From contig DMOI01000045.1 in the NCBI GenBank assembly GCA_003452395.1, positions 3,727-67,726 on the forward strand: a stretch of 64,000 nucleotides of DNA. Reading direction: 5' to 3'. The notes under the pieces are model-generated. The model saw only the letters and a list, made by a program, of their open reading frames with translations, was not told the DNA's origin and ran no database searches. Positions 10,116-20,315 of this stretch are shown piece by piece (positions within the stretch are counted from its first letter, which is position 1; every line of letters starts with the position of its first letter). The translations under genes and the position numbers were made by a program. Source of the stretch: Clostridiales bacterium. GTDB lineage: Bacteria; Bacillota; Clostridia; Lachnospirales; UBA12420.

Positions 10116-10754
10116 CTATATTTGGATATTTAAACTATTTATATAAGTTCTCATATTAATTTTACTAGTGTTATCAGCTAATATTTCTTGAATTTCTTGG
10201 CTTTTAGATTTAACACTTTCTTCCTCTCTACTTTTAGTTTCTATTAGTATATCTTCTGATGTATATGTTCTTATATGACCAAGGTCAGGACAAGGACCAT
10301 TTTCATCCCATACTGCAAATGTTTCCCTATTTATCTCTACAGGCTTTGTACTTTCTTTAAAAAAATCTATTATATTTGCATCAACATTCATAGTATTACC
10401 TTCAAAATTTATTGCAATTGAATCTTTGTTTAGCATAAATTCCGATGCCTCTGTACATTTAAAAATCAGCCCTCCACCATCGTCTAGAATAGAGCATCTG
10501 TTTTCATACTTACTACCTTTTATATATATCTTAGAATCAACTAAATATGTATCATTAAGTCCTGGTCGTAAATCAGATATTCCACAATCTCTTTCTAATA
10601 TTTTTTTTCTTTTTGAAAATAAAGTTGGATGTATCAAATTAGAAATTGGTATAATCTTTCTATCTTTATCAATCAAACGATAGTCACCAGTTAACCAATT
10701 TTTTTGTATTGCTGCACCTTCATGCCCGTCAATTTCTTTCTTCCAAAACATCAA
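10116..10754 (-). CDS. hypothetical protein
   Basis: 212-aa ORF with no recognisable motif. Lies downstream of the clpC terminator. Confidence 0.5.
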   Translation of the reverse strand: MMFWKKEIDGHEGAAIQKNWLTGDYRLIDKDRKIIPISNLIHPTLFSKRKKILERDCGISDLRPGLNDTYLVDSKIYIKGSKYENRCSILDDGGGLIFKCTEASEFMLNKDSIAINFEGNTMNVDANIIDFFKESTKPVEINRETFAVWDENGPCPDLGHIRTYTSEDILIETKSREEESVKSKSQEIQEILADNTSKINMRTYINSLNIQI

Positions 10755-10834
10755 TAATTCTCTCCTTTTATATCATTAGTTTTTATCCATTGTATAATAT
10801 AGCATTTTTTTACATTTTTATCAATACACAGACA

Positions 10835-10868
10835 AAAAACATCAAAATCTTATGATTGATGTTTTTTT
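10835..10868 (-). terminator. terminator overlapping the clpC stop codon
   Basis: AACATCAA-N10-TTGATGTT with a T-run in the minus orientation. The stop codon lies in the loop. Confidence 0.55.
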
Positions 10869-13333
10869 ACTTCACTACCTTTATTTTTAAACTTCAAGCT
10901 TATTTCGTTATCTTTTACTTCAACTGTTACTGTTGCTTCTTCTTTTATTTCTCCATCTAACATCATTTCTGCTAGTCGGTCTTCTATTTTAGATTGTATT
11001 GTTCTTTTTAGTGGTCTTGCACCATATTGTTGGTCAAAGCCTGAATTTGATATATTTTCTATTGCTTCATCGGTCATTTTAATGTTTATGTTTACGTTCT
11101 TTTTTATTCGATTTTTCAGCTGTTCAAATAATATTTTCACTATCTCTCTTATATTCTGATCTGTAAGTGAGTGGAACACTATTACTTCATCTATACGGTT
11201 TAGGAACTCCGGCTTGAATACTTTTTTTACTTCTTCCATAACCATCTTTTTCATTGCTGCATAATCTTTCTTTTCATCTTTCTCGTAAACAAACCCCATT
11301 GTCTTTGGTGAAATTATATTAGCTGCACCTATATTTGAAGTCATAATTATTACTGCATTTTTGAAATCTACTTTTCTTCCTTGTGAATCAGTTATATGTC
11401 CGTCATCTAATACTTGTAGTAAAATATTAAACACATCAGGATGAGCTTTCTCTATCTCATCAAGTAGTATAACAGAGTACGGTTTCTTTCTTATTTTCTC
11501 TGTTACATGTCCACCTTCATCATGTCCTACATACCCAGGAGGAGACCCTATTAGCTTAGATACACTATGTTTTTCCATATATTCAGACATATCTATTCTT
11601 ATTAATGCATTTTCATCACCAAATATTACTTCGCTAAGAGCTTTAGACAACTCTGTTTTCCCAACACCTGTAGGCCCGAGAAAAATAAATGAACCAACAG
11701 GTCTTTTAGGATCTTTAAGCCCTACTCTTCCTCTTCTAATTGCTTTAGATACAGCTTTAACCGCTTCATCTTGTCCTACTACTCTCGCATGCAGTAATTC
11801 CTCCATATTCATAAGCCTTTTACTTTCTTCTTTTTCAAGTTTTTTGACAGGTATTCCAGTCCAGCTAGCTACAATATCAGATATTTCATTTTCTGTAACT
11901 ACTTGAGTTGTTTTTGTGTTTTCTGTTTTCCATTCATCACTTAGTTTTTGTAACTTCTGTCTTAGTTTGTTTTGCCTTTCCTTTACTTCCCCTGCTTTTT
12001 CAAACTGTTCTGTTTTGATTGCTGATTCTTTTTCTTTATCTAAATCTTTAATTTTCTGTTCCATTTCTTTTATCTCTTCTGGTGGTGTAAATGTCCTAAG
12101 CCTAACTTTTGATGATGCCTCATCTATTACATCTATAGCTTTGTCTGGCAGGAATCTGTCTGTTATATATCTGCTTGATAATCGTACTGCTGCCAGAATA
12201 GCATCATCTGTTATTTTCACTTCATGATGCGCTTCATATTTATCTTTCAGTCCCTTTAATATAGCTATAGTATCATCTTCGTTTGGCTCCTCGACCTTCA
12301 CTGGTTGAAACCTTCGTTCAAGTGCTGAGTCTTTTTCTATATGTTTTCTATATTCCTCATAGGTTGTTGCCCCTATAACTTGAAGCTCCCCGCGAGCCAA
12401 AGATGGCTTTAAAATATTAGCTGCATCTAGTGAACCTTCAGCCGCGCCCGCACCTATTATAGTGTGTATTTCATCTATAAATAAAATTATATTTCCAGCT
12501 AATCTTACTTCCTCTATGCATTTTTTTATTCTTCCCTCAAACTCTCCTCTGTATTTTGAGCCAGCTACCATCGATGAAATATCTAGTGTAACTACTCTCT
12601 TACTTTTTAGTGTCTCTGGTATGTCTCCTTTTACTATTTGTTGTGCAAGGGCTTCTATTACTGCTGTCTTTCCAACACCAGGTTCACCTATAAGACATGG
12701 GTTATTTTTTGTCCTTCTACTCAAAATTTGTATTACACGCTCTATTTCTTTTGTTCTACCTATTACAGGATCAAGCTTTTGGTCTGTAGCCTGTGAAGTC
12801 AGATCTCTACTAAATTTGTCTAATGTAGGTGTAGATTTTTGCCTATTACCCACCGTTTTAGGATTACTCATCATCATGCCATCTTCGGATTCTATCATTC
12901 CTCCAGATAACATATTTATTATATCATCATAAAGCTTTTGCATGTTAACATCGAGTGTGGCCAGTATTTTAACTGCAACACAATTTACTTCTTCGAGTAA
13001 TGCTAAAAGAATATGTTCAGTTCCTATATAACCTGTACTCATATTTAACGCTTGCTTCAAGCTCATTTCTAGTATTTTTTTTGTTCTAGGTGTGAATTCC
13101 TGTATTTTTACCTTTCCTGCTTCTCCAACACCTAATAATTCTTCTATCTTTTTTATTACATCATCTTCTGTCACTCCATAGTTTTCTAATGCTTTGCCTG
13201 CAACACCTTCTTTTTGTCTAACAAGACCTAATAAAAGATGTTCTGTTCCCACATAGCTATGCCCCAATTCTAATGCACTCTCTTGTGATAGCCTTATGGA
13301 TTCTTGTGCCCCTTCTGTAAATTTACCAAACAT
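10850..13333 (-). CDS. clpC: ATP-dependent Clp protease ATP-binding subunit ClpC
   Basis: Double Clp_N repeat, two AAA+ modules (GEPGVGKT and GPTGVGKT), and a UVR-like linker. Confidence 0.95.
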   Translation of the reverse strand: MFGKFTEGAQESIRLSQESALELGHSYVGTEHLLLGLVRQKEGVAGKALENYGVTEDDVIKKIEELLGVGEAGKVKIQEFTPRTKKILEMSLKQALNMSTGYIGTEHILLALLEEVNCVAVKILATLDVNMQKLYDDIINMLSGGMIESEDGMMMSNPKTVGNRQKSTPTLDKFSRDLTSQATDQKLDPVIGRTKEIERVIQILSRRTKNNPCLIGEPGVGKTAVIEALAQQIVKGDIPETLKSKRVVTLDISSMVAGSKYRGEFEGRIKKCIEEVRLAGNIILFIDEIHTIIGAGAAEGSLDAANILKPSLARGELQVIGATTYEEYRKHIEKDSALERRFQPVKVEEPNEDDTIAILKGLKDKYEAHHEVKITDDAILAAVRLSSRYITDRFLPDKAIDVIDEASSKVRLRTFTPPEEIKEMEQKIKDLDKEKESAIKTEQFEKAGEVKERQNKLRQKLQKLSDEWKTENTKTTQVVTENEISDIVASWTGIPVKKLEKEESKRLMNMEELLHARVVGQDEAVKAVSKAIRRGRVGLKDPKRPVGSFIFLGPTGVGKTELSKALSEVIFGDENALIRIDMSEYMEKHSVSKLIGSPPGYVGHDEGGHVTEKIRKKPYSVILLDEIEKAHPDVFNILLQVLDDGHITDSQGRKVDFKNAVIIMTSNIGAANIISPKTMGFVYEKDEKKDYAAMKKMVMEEVKKVFKPEFLNRIDEVIVFHSLTDQNIREIVKILFEQLKNRIKKNVNINIKMTDEAIENISNSGFDQQYGARPLKRTIQSKIEDRLAEMMLDGEIKEEATVTVEVKDNEISLKFKNKGSEVKKHQS

Positions 13334-13365
13334 GTGTTCACCTCCGGTTCTCTGTTCTCTATTAT

Positions 13366-14352
13366 CTATAACAGCTTTGATTGTATTATCTTAGCTCTTT
13401 CCTCGTCTTTTTCTGTAGTCTGTAGTTTTTTTTCAGCTTGTTTTTCAACATTAGATTTTTGTATTTTTATCATTAAATCAAATATATCAACCCTATCCAC
13501 AAATAGCTTATCGATAAGTTTCATATCGATACCCAATTTAACATATGAAAGAAGTAACATAGCTTCTTTGATAGTCATTAACTTAGCATTAGTTAATATT
13601 CCATACGCCCTGTATATTTCATCAACTAATTTTATTTTTTGTTCGCTATATAATTTATTTCTAATTTTAATTTCTTGATTAATTATTTGAGCAACAACAT
13701 CATCAAGCCTCTCTATTATTTCTACTTCACTTTGTCCAAGTGTTATTTGATTAGATATTTGATATAAACTTCCTTTTGCTTCTGTTCCCTCACCATACAT
13801 TCCTCTAACAGCTATCCCTAATTTACCGAGAAAACTTATAGCATTTTTTATTTGATTAGTGACCTCAAGCATAGGTAAATGTATCATGAATGATGCCCTC
13901 ATTGCTGTTCCTACATTTGTTGGACATGCAGTTAGATATCCATAATCTTTATTAAATGCATACGTAAGCTTTTTATCCAGCTTATCATCTACTGAACTTG
14001 CATACTTATAGGCCATTTCCATGTTGTCGCCTTTAACTATAGATTGAATTCTAACATGATCTTCTTCATTTATCATAATACTTGCTTGGGTACTTTTTTC
14101 TAAAAAAACAGCTCTATCAAGCTCACTCTTTAGCATTTCAGTACTTATAATATGGTTTTCAACTAATACAAGATTATCAAGTCTTGTATTAGTTTTTATA
14201 TCTATATAAGTGTATTTTTTCTCTGAAAATATCTTTTTTATATCTTTTACAATTTGCTCAGCCTCTTCATTTTTTAATCTATTTGGGAATGGATGTTTTG
14301 CGATATTTCTAGCGAGTCGAATTCTACTCGAAACGATTATATCTTTTCTCAT
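13366..14352 (-). CDS. mcsB: protein arginine kinase McsB
   Basis: Guanidino-kinase-like pattern SSRIRLARNI...CPTNVGT. Overlaps the mcsA stop by 4 nt. Confidence 0.9.
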   Translation of the reverse strand: MRKDIIVSSRIRLARNIAKHPFPNRLKNEEAEQIVKDIKKIFSEKKYTYIDIKTNTRLDNLVLVENHIISTEMLKSELDRAVFLEKSTQASIMINEEDHVRIQSIVKGDNMEMAYKYASSVDDKLDKKLTYAFNKDYGYLTACPTNVGTAMRASFMIHLPMLEVTNQIKNAISFLGKLGIAVRGMYGEGTEAKGSLYQISNQITLGQSEVEIIERLDDVVAQIINQEIKIRNKLYSEQKIKLVDEIYRAYGILTNAKLMTIKEAMLLLSYVKLGIDMKLIDKLFVDRVDIFDLMIKIQKSNVEKQAEKKLQTTEKDEERAKIIQSKLL

Positions 14353-14873
14353 ATTTTTGCTCCTTTTTGCATTTCCTTTATCTTATCTCTTAGATAAGCA
14401 GCTCTTTCAAACTCTTCTTCGATAATTGCTTTTTCCAGGTCTTGCCTAAGGTCGTTAATTCCCTTTTCTTTAATTATATTTTCTCCTATCTTTGTAGGCA
14501 CTTTCCCATTATGTTTAGTATGTCCATGAAGCTTATTAAATACTATAGGAAGTTGTTTATTAAATGTCTGGTAACATTGTGCACACCCGAGCTTACCACT
14601 CGCTTTAAAATCTGCATAAGTCATTTCACATTTCTCACACTTAATTATTTTCGCCTTTTGGCTTTCTTTTTGTTCCTCAAAGGTCGTTTCTTTCACTGTT
14701 AAATCCATAAGCCCCACTAAAAAATCCTGAAAAGAAATAGGTATATTTATTATTTCATTTTCTTTAGTTTCCTTGGCGCATTGTTCGCATAAATGTATCT
14801 CAGTGGACTTACCTTTTATAGTCTTCTTAATATGAATGCTTGCTTCATTTTCATTGCATCTATCACAAAGCAT
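14349..14873 (-). CDS. mcsA: McsA (UvrB/UvrC-motif zinc-finger activator of McsB)
   Basis: CDRC...CEQC and CEKC...CAQC zinc-finger pairs plus a C-terminal UVR motif EEEFERAAYLRDKIKEM. Confidence 0.85.
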   Translation of the reverse strand: MLCDRCNENEASIHIKKTIKGKSTEIHLCEQCAKETKENEIINIPISFQDFLVGLMDLTVKETTFEEQKESQKAKIIKCEKCEMTYADFKASGKLGCAQCYQTFNKQLPIVFNKLHGHTKHNGKVPTKIGENIIKEKGINDLRQDLEKAIIEEEFERAAYLRDKIKEMQKGAKI

Positions 14874-14908
14874 TTCTACCACCACCATATATTATCATAA
14901 AATATTTT

Positions 14909-15364
14909 CTATATCTTTTTCCCACAATTCTTACATGTATCACATGTTGGTTCATTTCCAGTATTACATTCAGCGCAAAATTTAAAAACACCTATGTTTT
15001 GGCTGTTTTCAGGATGCTTTATAAAATCTGGGATCTCATTTGTATATTTTACAGGCGTTTCTCTCATTGGATCTTCAGAATTTATTAATACTATCTGCCT
15101 TTCAAGATTTGTTATATAATCTTTTTTCATATTAATTTGTTTACAAATAGCATCAAGGTCTCCAAAATCATCACTACCATTATTTTTTGCAGTGTAGATT
15201 TTAATCCCTAAATCTTTATATATTTTGTCTATTTCATTTTTTACTTTTCCTATTTCAAACTCAAGTTTCTTAATGCTTATAAATTTATTAACCTTTTCTC
15301 CTACCGTATTCACGGTGTTTCCTATGTTTGTTTTCAAATTTTCAATAAATTGTTTTTTATCCAT
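14909..15364 (-). CDS. coiled-coil protein with C-terminal zinc ribbon
   Basis: 151 aa ending CAECNTGNEPTCDTCKNCGKKI. Occupies the operon position usually held by ctsR but does not resemble CtsR. Confidence 0.6.
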   Translation of the reverse strand: MDKKQFIENLKTNIGNTVNTVGEKVNKFISIKKLEFEIGKVKNEIDKIYKDLGIKIYTAKNNGSDDFGDLDAICKQINMKKDYITNLERQIVLINSEDPMRETPVKYTNEIPDFIKHPENSQNIGVFKFCAECNTGNEPTCDTCKNCGKKI

Positions 15365-15423
15365 TTCAAATCTCCCCTTTTATATTATACTTAAATAAAT
15401 TTATAATATTTACATCTATGTAA

Positions 15424-15452
15424 ATTTTAACATATTATTTTTTCAAAGTCAA
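15424..15452 (-). promoter_or_regulatory. candidate sigma-A promoter of the zinc-ribbon-mcsA-mcsB-clpC operon
   Basis: On the minus strand: TTGACT, 17-nt spacer, TAAAAT. Confidence 0.4.
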
Positions 15453-15488
15453 CTTTTTTGGTCATTCGGCTAAAATTTCTTTATCTAA

Positions 15489-16829
15489 CTACAGCTTTTT
15501 AAGTCTCGCAATAAAGAATCCGTCAGTATCATATATATGTGGCAACAGCTCTACATATCCTTGTTTTGCTGTATCACATTTTAAATTATTTGGCAAAAAT
15601 TCAGTCATATCGCACATTTCAAAATCAAAATTTTCGATAAACCAATTAACATTATCAATGTTTTCACGTTTGGATAATGTACATGTGCTATAGATTAATA
15701 TTCCACCTGATTTTAGGTATTTAGAGGCATTCTCCAATATATTTCTTTGTAACTTTATAAGTTCTTCTATATCCTTTTGTGTCCTGTTAAACTTTATATC
15801 TGGTTTTTTTCTAACTATCCCAAGTCCTGAGCAAGGAGCATCAACAATTATTTTATCAAATCTTTGTTCCATTTTCTCATCTTCTATAGTAGCATCCTGA
15901 ACAACAGGTTTTATCATACTTAGTCCTAGTCTACCAGCACCTTCTTTTATCATATCTAGTTTATGATCGTATATATCTCCTGAAATTATTTCACCTTTAT
16001 TATTCATTTTTATTGCAGCAAAAAAGCTCTTTCCACCTGGTGCTGCACATACATCAAGTATATGTTCATCTTCTTTAGGGGAAAGTACTTCTACAGCAAT
16101 CATTGAACTTTCATCTTGAACATGAAAATAGCCTTTTTTGTATTCTTCTAAAAAAGTAATATTTGCAGTACCACTAAGCCTTAGATTATTTGCTACATAT
16201 TTACCTTTTTTCACAGTAATCTGTTTACTTTCAAGTAAACCAACCATATCATCTACACCTATTTTTGTAGTATTTACACATATATTCACTTCTGGGTCGC
16301 TATTTAAAAATTGACACATATTAAGAACTGTATCATAATCATATTCGCGAGTCCACATATCAATAATCCATTTAGGGTAGGAATACATTATTTCTAAGTA
16401 TTCATTTGTATTCTTTTCGGGAAACTCAATTTTCCCTTTATTCCTTATTATATTTCGCAACACAGCATTAATAAACCCATGTATATGTTTTTGGCATAGG
16501 TTTTTACTTATCTTAACAGCCTCGTTGCAAACTGCACTTTCTGGCACTCTATCCATGAAAAAAAGTTGGTATACTCCACTTCTTAATATACTTAAAGCAT
16601 CCTTATCCATTTTATTTATTTTTATCTTAATAAACTTGCTTATCATATAATCTATATATATAGTGTTTTTAATAGTTCCATTAACAATTTGTGTAATAAA
16701 GGCTCTATCGAGACTAGATAAATCATCATATTCATCTAATGTACGTCGAAGCACCACATTATTATACCCACCGTCATTTAAAATTTCAGTAAGTATACAT
16801 ACCGCCACTTCTCTAGGATTTATCTTCAT
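15489..16829 (-). CDS. rsmB: 16S rRNA (cytosine967-C5)-methyltransferase
   Basis: NusB-like N-terminal domain plus SAM methyltransferase motifs DVCAAPGGKS and DAPCSG. Start moved to MKINPREV (GAGAGGGG RBS). The track extension is translated heptamer repeat. Confidence 0.9.
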   Translation of the reverse strand: MKINPREVAVCILTEILNDGGYNNVVLRRTLDEYDDLSSLDRAFITQIVNGTIKNTIYIDYMISKFIKIKINKMDKDALSILRSGVYQLFFMDRVPESAVCNEAVKISKNLCQKHIHGFINAVLRNIIRNKGKIEFPEKNTNEYLEIMYSYPKWIIDMWTREYDYDTVLNMCQFLNSDPEVNICVNTTKIGVDDMVGLLESKQITVKKGKYVANNLRLSGTANITFLEEYKKGYFHVQDESSMIAVEVLSPKEDEHILDVCAAPGGKSFFAAIKMNNKGEIISGDIYDHKLDMIKEGAGRLGLSMIKPVVQDATIEDEKMEQRFDKIIVDAPCSGLGIVRKKPDIKFNRTQKDIEELIKLQRNILENASKYLKSGGILIYSTCTLSKRENIDNVNWFIENFDFEMCDMTEFLPNNLKCDTAKQGYVELLPHIYDTDGFFIARLKKL

Positions 16830-16850
16830 TAGTTTACCCCTCTCAATATA

Positions 16851-16907
16851 GTTGAAAGTTAAAAGTTGAAAAGATTTTTTATTTTCAGTTTTCAATTCTC
16901 AATTTTC
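16851..16907. repeat. family B heptamer-periodic hairpin
   Basis: GTTGAAA GTTAAAA GTTGAAA ... TTTTCAG TTTTCAA TTCTCAA TTTTC. Confidence 0.8.
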
Positions 16908-16928
16908 CATTTTTATAATGCATGAATA

Positions 16929-17114
16929 TTATTCTCTTGGCATAACTGCCCAAGCTATTAAGTAAAAAACTATGCCTGTACCTATACTTGCTAGCGTAAA
17001 TAATATAACACCAAGTCTTACTAAAGTAGCATCTATCCCAAAATACTCTGCAACACCTCCACATACACCAGCTATTTTTACATTTGTTTTTGATAAAGTA
17101 AGTTTTTTATTCAT
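16929..17114 (-). CDS. PspC-domain protein
   Basis: 61 aa with [27 protein letters not shown]. Confidence 0.8.
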   Translation of the reverse strand: MNKKLTLSKTNVKIAGVCGGVAEYFGIDATLVRLGVILFTLASIGTGIVFYLIAWAVMPRE

Positions 17115-17291
17115 AATATCAATCTCCTCTCTATATATTTTATTTTTTAAAATTTTTACTTATCTTTAACAACATCTTCTAACATAAATCTCCACAGCAC
17201 ACGGGTTGTCCACTTCTTCTGTAACAATATTTAGACAGTAGTTTTTAAAGTATCCCTATTATAAAACCCTCGATCCAGTTTTTGAATATCA

Positions 17292-18461
17292 TCACATCCT
17301 CGTATACCCACTAATTATCTTACTAAAATTACTACCAATCGTATTTTCTTCTACATCTTTGCCTGCGAGCAGTGCACCTTCGCATATAAAATCTTCATCT
17401 ATATAAATCCTTGCAACTCCTATCTCCACACCTTTTTGTATAGGTGCTTCGATTAGTTCAGGGTAATATATTTCTGCTCTAAGTTTTTCCTTTTCCGAAT
17501 TTTTTATCGGTAATATTATATCATCTTTCAAATATAAATCAATACTTTGTTTTTTACTTTTTTTCACTTCTACACTTTTTGCTAAAATATCATTCTTTTT
17601 ATAAATATCTTCATATTTAAAATTATCAAACCCATAATTCAAAACTTTTTTCGTGTCTGTCCATTTGGCTTGTTTACCTCTATTGCCCCATCCACTTGCG
17701 AGAACAACTGATATAAGCTGCATACCATTGTTTTCTGCACTTCCAACAAAACATTGCCCTGCAGCATTTGTGAATCCAGTTTTCACTCCATTTCCACCTG
17801 GATAATCGTTTAGTAATTTATTGTGATTTGTCAAACTAAAACTTCGATAATTACCACCATTAACAGGTGTGTATACATTTTTTGTAGTGATTATATCTCT
17901 AAATTTTTTATTACTGAGTGCATATCTAGTTATTAAAGCCATATCGTAAGCAGTCGAGTGATGGTCTTCTTTATCTAGTCCATTTGGTGTTTTAAACACT
18001 GTATCCTTTGCCCCTATTTCTTTAGCTTTCTCTGTCATCTGCATACAGAAACTTTCTACACTTCCACCTACATGTTCCGCTATAGCAACAGCCGCATCAT
18101 TTGCAGATACCAACATGAGAGCATAAAGTAAATCCTCTAGTCTTTGTTTTTCACCTTGCCTTAAATATAGTTTAACCTTTGGTGCAAGTGCTGCTTTCCT
18201 GCTAACTACTACTATATCATAAATTTCAGAATTTTCAAGTGCTAATATACAAGTCATAATTTTGGTTGTACTTGCCATTGGTCTAGGCTTATATATATTC
18301 TTGCCCCATAACACCCTACCTGTTTTATAATCCATAAGAATAGAACTATCAGCCGCAACGATAGGCTCCTTTGTTTGCACAGCTAAAGCAATATTCAAAA
18401 ACAACATATTTAGTATCATCATTATTATTATAATTTTCTTTTTCAATTCTCCATCCTCCAA
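17292..18461 (-). CDS. D-alanyl-D-alanine carboxypeptidase (peptidase S11, DacB/DacF-like)
   Basis: SxxK (ASTTK), SxN (SAND) and KTG (KTGFT) motifs, with a signal anchor. Confidence 0.85.
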   Translation of the reverse strand: MEDGELKKKIIIIMMILNMLFLNIALAVQTKEPIVAADSSILMDYKTGRVLWGKNIYKPRPMASTTKIMTCILALENSEIYDIVVVSRKAALAPKVKLYLRQGEKQRLEDLLYALMLVSANDAAVAIAEHVGGSVESFCMQMTEKAKEIGAKDTVFKTPNGLDKEDHHSTAYDMALITRYALSNKKFRDIITTKNVYTPVNGGNYRSFSLTNHNKLLNDYPGGNGVKTGFTNAAGQCFVGSAENNGMQLISVVLASGWGNRGKQAKWTDTKKVLNYGFDNFKYEDIYKKNDILAKSVEVKKSKKQSIDLYLKDDIILPIKNSEKEKLRAEIYYPELIEAPIQKGVEIGVARIYIDEDFICEGALLAGKDVEENTIGSNFSKIISGYTRM

Positions 18462-18515
18462 ATATAAATATATACTTTATTTATATTTGAAAGGGAATGA
18501 CTTTATGAATTTTAG

Positions 18516-19115
18516 TTATCTTGCTAGTTCCTTGAGTGACATCTTTACTATGTCTGCTAGGTTAATGTCACTTTTATCTTTTGTCACTTTCGTTACAACA
18601 TCATCTGCTACTTTTTTACTATAACCTAAACTTTGCAATGCTTCCATTGCCTCACAATTAATGGATGTGCAAAAACTATCTTTTATATTACTTGCTTGCT
18701 GCACTACTTGATAGTTTTTAAATTTATCTTTAAGTTCTAATATCACCTTTTGTGCCGTCTTTTTGCCTATTCCTGGACATTTACTAAGTGCATCTGCATC
18801 TTCTTCCACAATTGCCTTTACGACATTTTCAAAATACATAGCAGAAAGCATACCAATAGCCACCTTTGGACCGATTCCAGAAACAGATATAAGCATCACA
18901 AAAACACTCATAGTCTTTTTTTCGAGTGACCCATAAAGTTTCATAGCATCCTCTTTTACATATAGGTAAGTATGTATCTTCACTTCTTCATTTATCTGAG
19001 GTAAATTACTATAATCAAGTACAGGTATATAAACTTGATACCCTACTCCACTAACATCAACCACTGCATAATTTATCTCTTTTTCCGTTAATATTCCCCG
19101 TACATATGAAATCAT
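18516..19115 (-). CDS. ruvA: Holliday junction branch migration complex subunit RuvA
   Basis: MISYVRGIL...GVGYQV, with HhH motifs GIGPKVA and GIGKKTA. Start after an AAAGGGG RBS. Confidence 0.9.
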   Translation of the reverse strand: MISYVRGILTEKEINYAVVDVSGVGYQVYIPVLDYSNLPQINEEVKIHTYLYVKEDAMKLYGSLEKKTMSVFVMLISVSGIGPKVAIGMLSAMYFENVVKAIVEEDADALSKCPGIGKKTAQKVILELKDKFKNYQVVQQASNIKDSFCTSINCEAMEALQSLGYSKKVADDVVTKVTKDKSDINLADIVKMSLKELAR

Positions 19116-19150
19116 GTCTGTACCCCTTTCACGATTGAAGCCCTCCAAAC

Positions 19151-19187
19151 CTGTCATTACGAGGAGAGTCTACAGGTGCAGTTCTTT
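19151..19187. repeat. family A fragment
   Basis: CTGTCATTACGAGGAGAGTCTACAGGTGCAGTTC. Its tail matches the 30631-30650 end of another copy. Confidence 0.6.
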
Positions 19188-19193
19188 CTTAAG

Positions 19194-19242
19194 TTTTTCA
19201 ACTCTCAACTCTCAACTCTCAACTCACAACTCTCAACTTTCC
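19194..19242. repeat. family B single arm (about 7 heptamers)
   Basis: TTTTTCA (ACTCTCA)x3 ACTCACA ACTCTCA ACTTTCC. The unit count is taken from the ORF-track translation [15 protein letters not shown]. The ytfJ stop codon lies inside the tract. Confidence 0.8.
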
Positions 19243-19598
19243 TTACCCTTACCTTTCTTAACCAACTTATCTAACCCGAATTGTGCTATTATTCCTGGAA
19301 CCATATCTATTATCTTTCCAAAGCCTTCTTGATTTTGTATATTGATTACTTGTGGTTTTCCGTCTCTTATTATTAGTAACGAATTAGGAGATATCTTTGC
19401 TCCCATTCCTCCTCCTACAGACTCTTTTTCATCCTTTGATTGTATAGCACCAGCACCTATTCCGAGACTTATATCAAGCAATGGAACTATAATTATTCCA
19501 TCTATTGTTATCGGCTCTCCAATTACAGTTTTTGTTGTCAAAACTTCCTCTAAACTTTTAAACATTTCTTTTAAATTTTTTGATACATTAGATTCCAT
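19233..19598 (-). CDS. ytfJ: sporulation protein YtfJ (GerW family)
   Basis: GEPITIDGIIIVPLLDISLGIGAGA is typical of GerW/YtfJ. Confidence 0.85.
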   Translation of the reverse strand: MESNVSKNLKEMFKSLEEVLTTKTVIGEPITIDGIIIVPLLDISLGIGAGAIQSKDEKESVGGGMGAKISPNSLLIIRDGKPQVINIQNQEGFGKIIDMVPGIIAQFGLDKLVKKGKGKES

Positions 19599-20301
19599 AA
19601 GATCCTTCCTTTCTAAAAATTAGTTTTAATACTGTACCAAATACAGGTTTTGAAATTAAAAATAATAATGCGTATAATAAGCATGCTACAGGGATTATAT
19701 GCCCTTTTATAAAAAGATTAAACTTTAAATCATTTTCACCCATTGCTGTGAGTACCTTTATATCCTTTGGTAGTATCGATATTAGGAGTGCTGCTATTGC
19801 TGATAGAATACCATATTTATATGGGTCACTAATAAAAATTTCGTATGTACCTTTTGCCTTTTTGAATTTAGTTACAGAAACAATCCTTCGTATAAGTTCA
19901 ATAACCTCTTGCTTTAGCTCTTTCTTATACTTATAGCTTTTCATGCTATTATATCTTTCAATCAGATTTCCTTTTTTATATTCTTTTTCTTTTTCTACAT
20001 TTTCAGTATTTTCACTATCTTGAGTTACTTCATCTTCATTACTCGCCTCATTATTTATTTTTATTTCCTTATTTAAAACCTTAAATGCTGACTCTATTTC
20101 AGATTCTTTTATTTTGCTAGTAAATCTGACTAACCCAAATAACAATAAAATATCAGCATGTCCATCTATTTTATTGTCCCGTATAAGCTCAACCTCGAAT
20201 CCCACAGGTATACAAAGGAGAGCGAATATAAACACTATTATACTCAATACTACTATATATATAATTTTAAGTATCAATAAAACTATTCCTATAAAATCCA
20301 T
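19588..20301 (-). CDS. DUF2953 (YtfI-like) sporulation membrane protein
   Basis: N-terminal TM, acidic linker, usual partner upstream of ytfJ. Overlaps it by 11 nt. Confidence 0.6.
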   Translation of the reverse strand: MDFIGIVLLILKIIYIVVLSIIVFIFALLCIPVGFEVELIRDNKIDGHADILLLFGLVRFTSKIKESEIESAFKVLNKEIKINNEASNEDEVTQDSENTENVEKEKEYKKGNLIERYNSMKSYKYKKELKQEVIELIRRIVSVTKFKKAKGTYEIFISDPYKYGILSAIAALLISILPKDIKVLTAMGENDLKFNLFIKGHIIPVACLLYALLFLISKPVFGTVLKLIFRKEGSYGI

Positions 20302-20315
20302 TTACATCTTCCTTT

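Noticed and set aside
15447-15465. AGTCAAC-TTTTTT-GGTCATT as a CtsR operator
   Set aside because: The CtsR box is a GGTCAAA direct repeat separated by 3 nt. Here the spacing is 6 nt and both heptads are imperfect. The first heptad is simply the -35 TTGACT read on the other strand.
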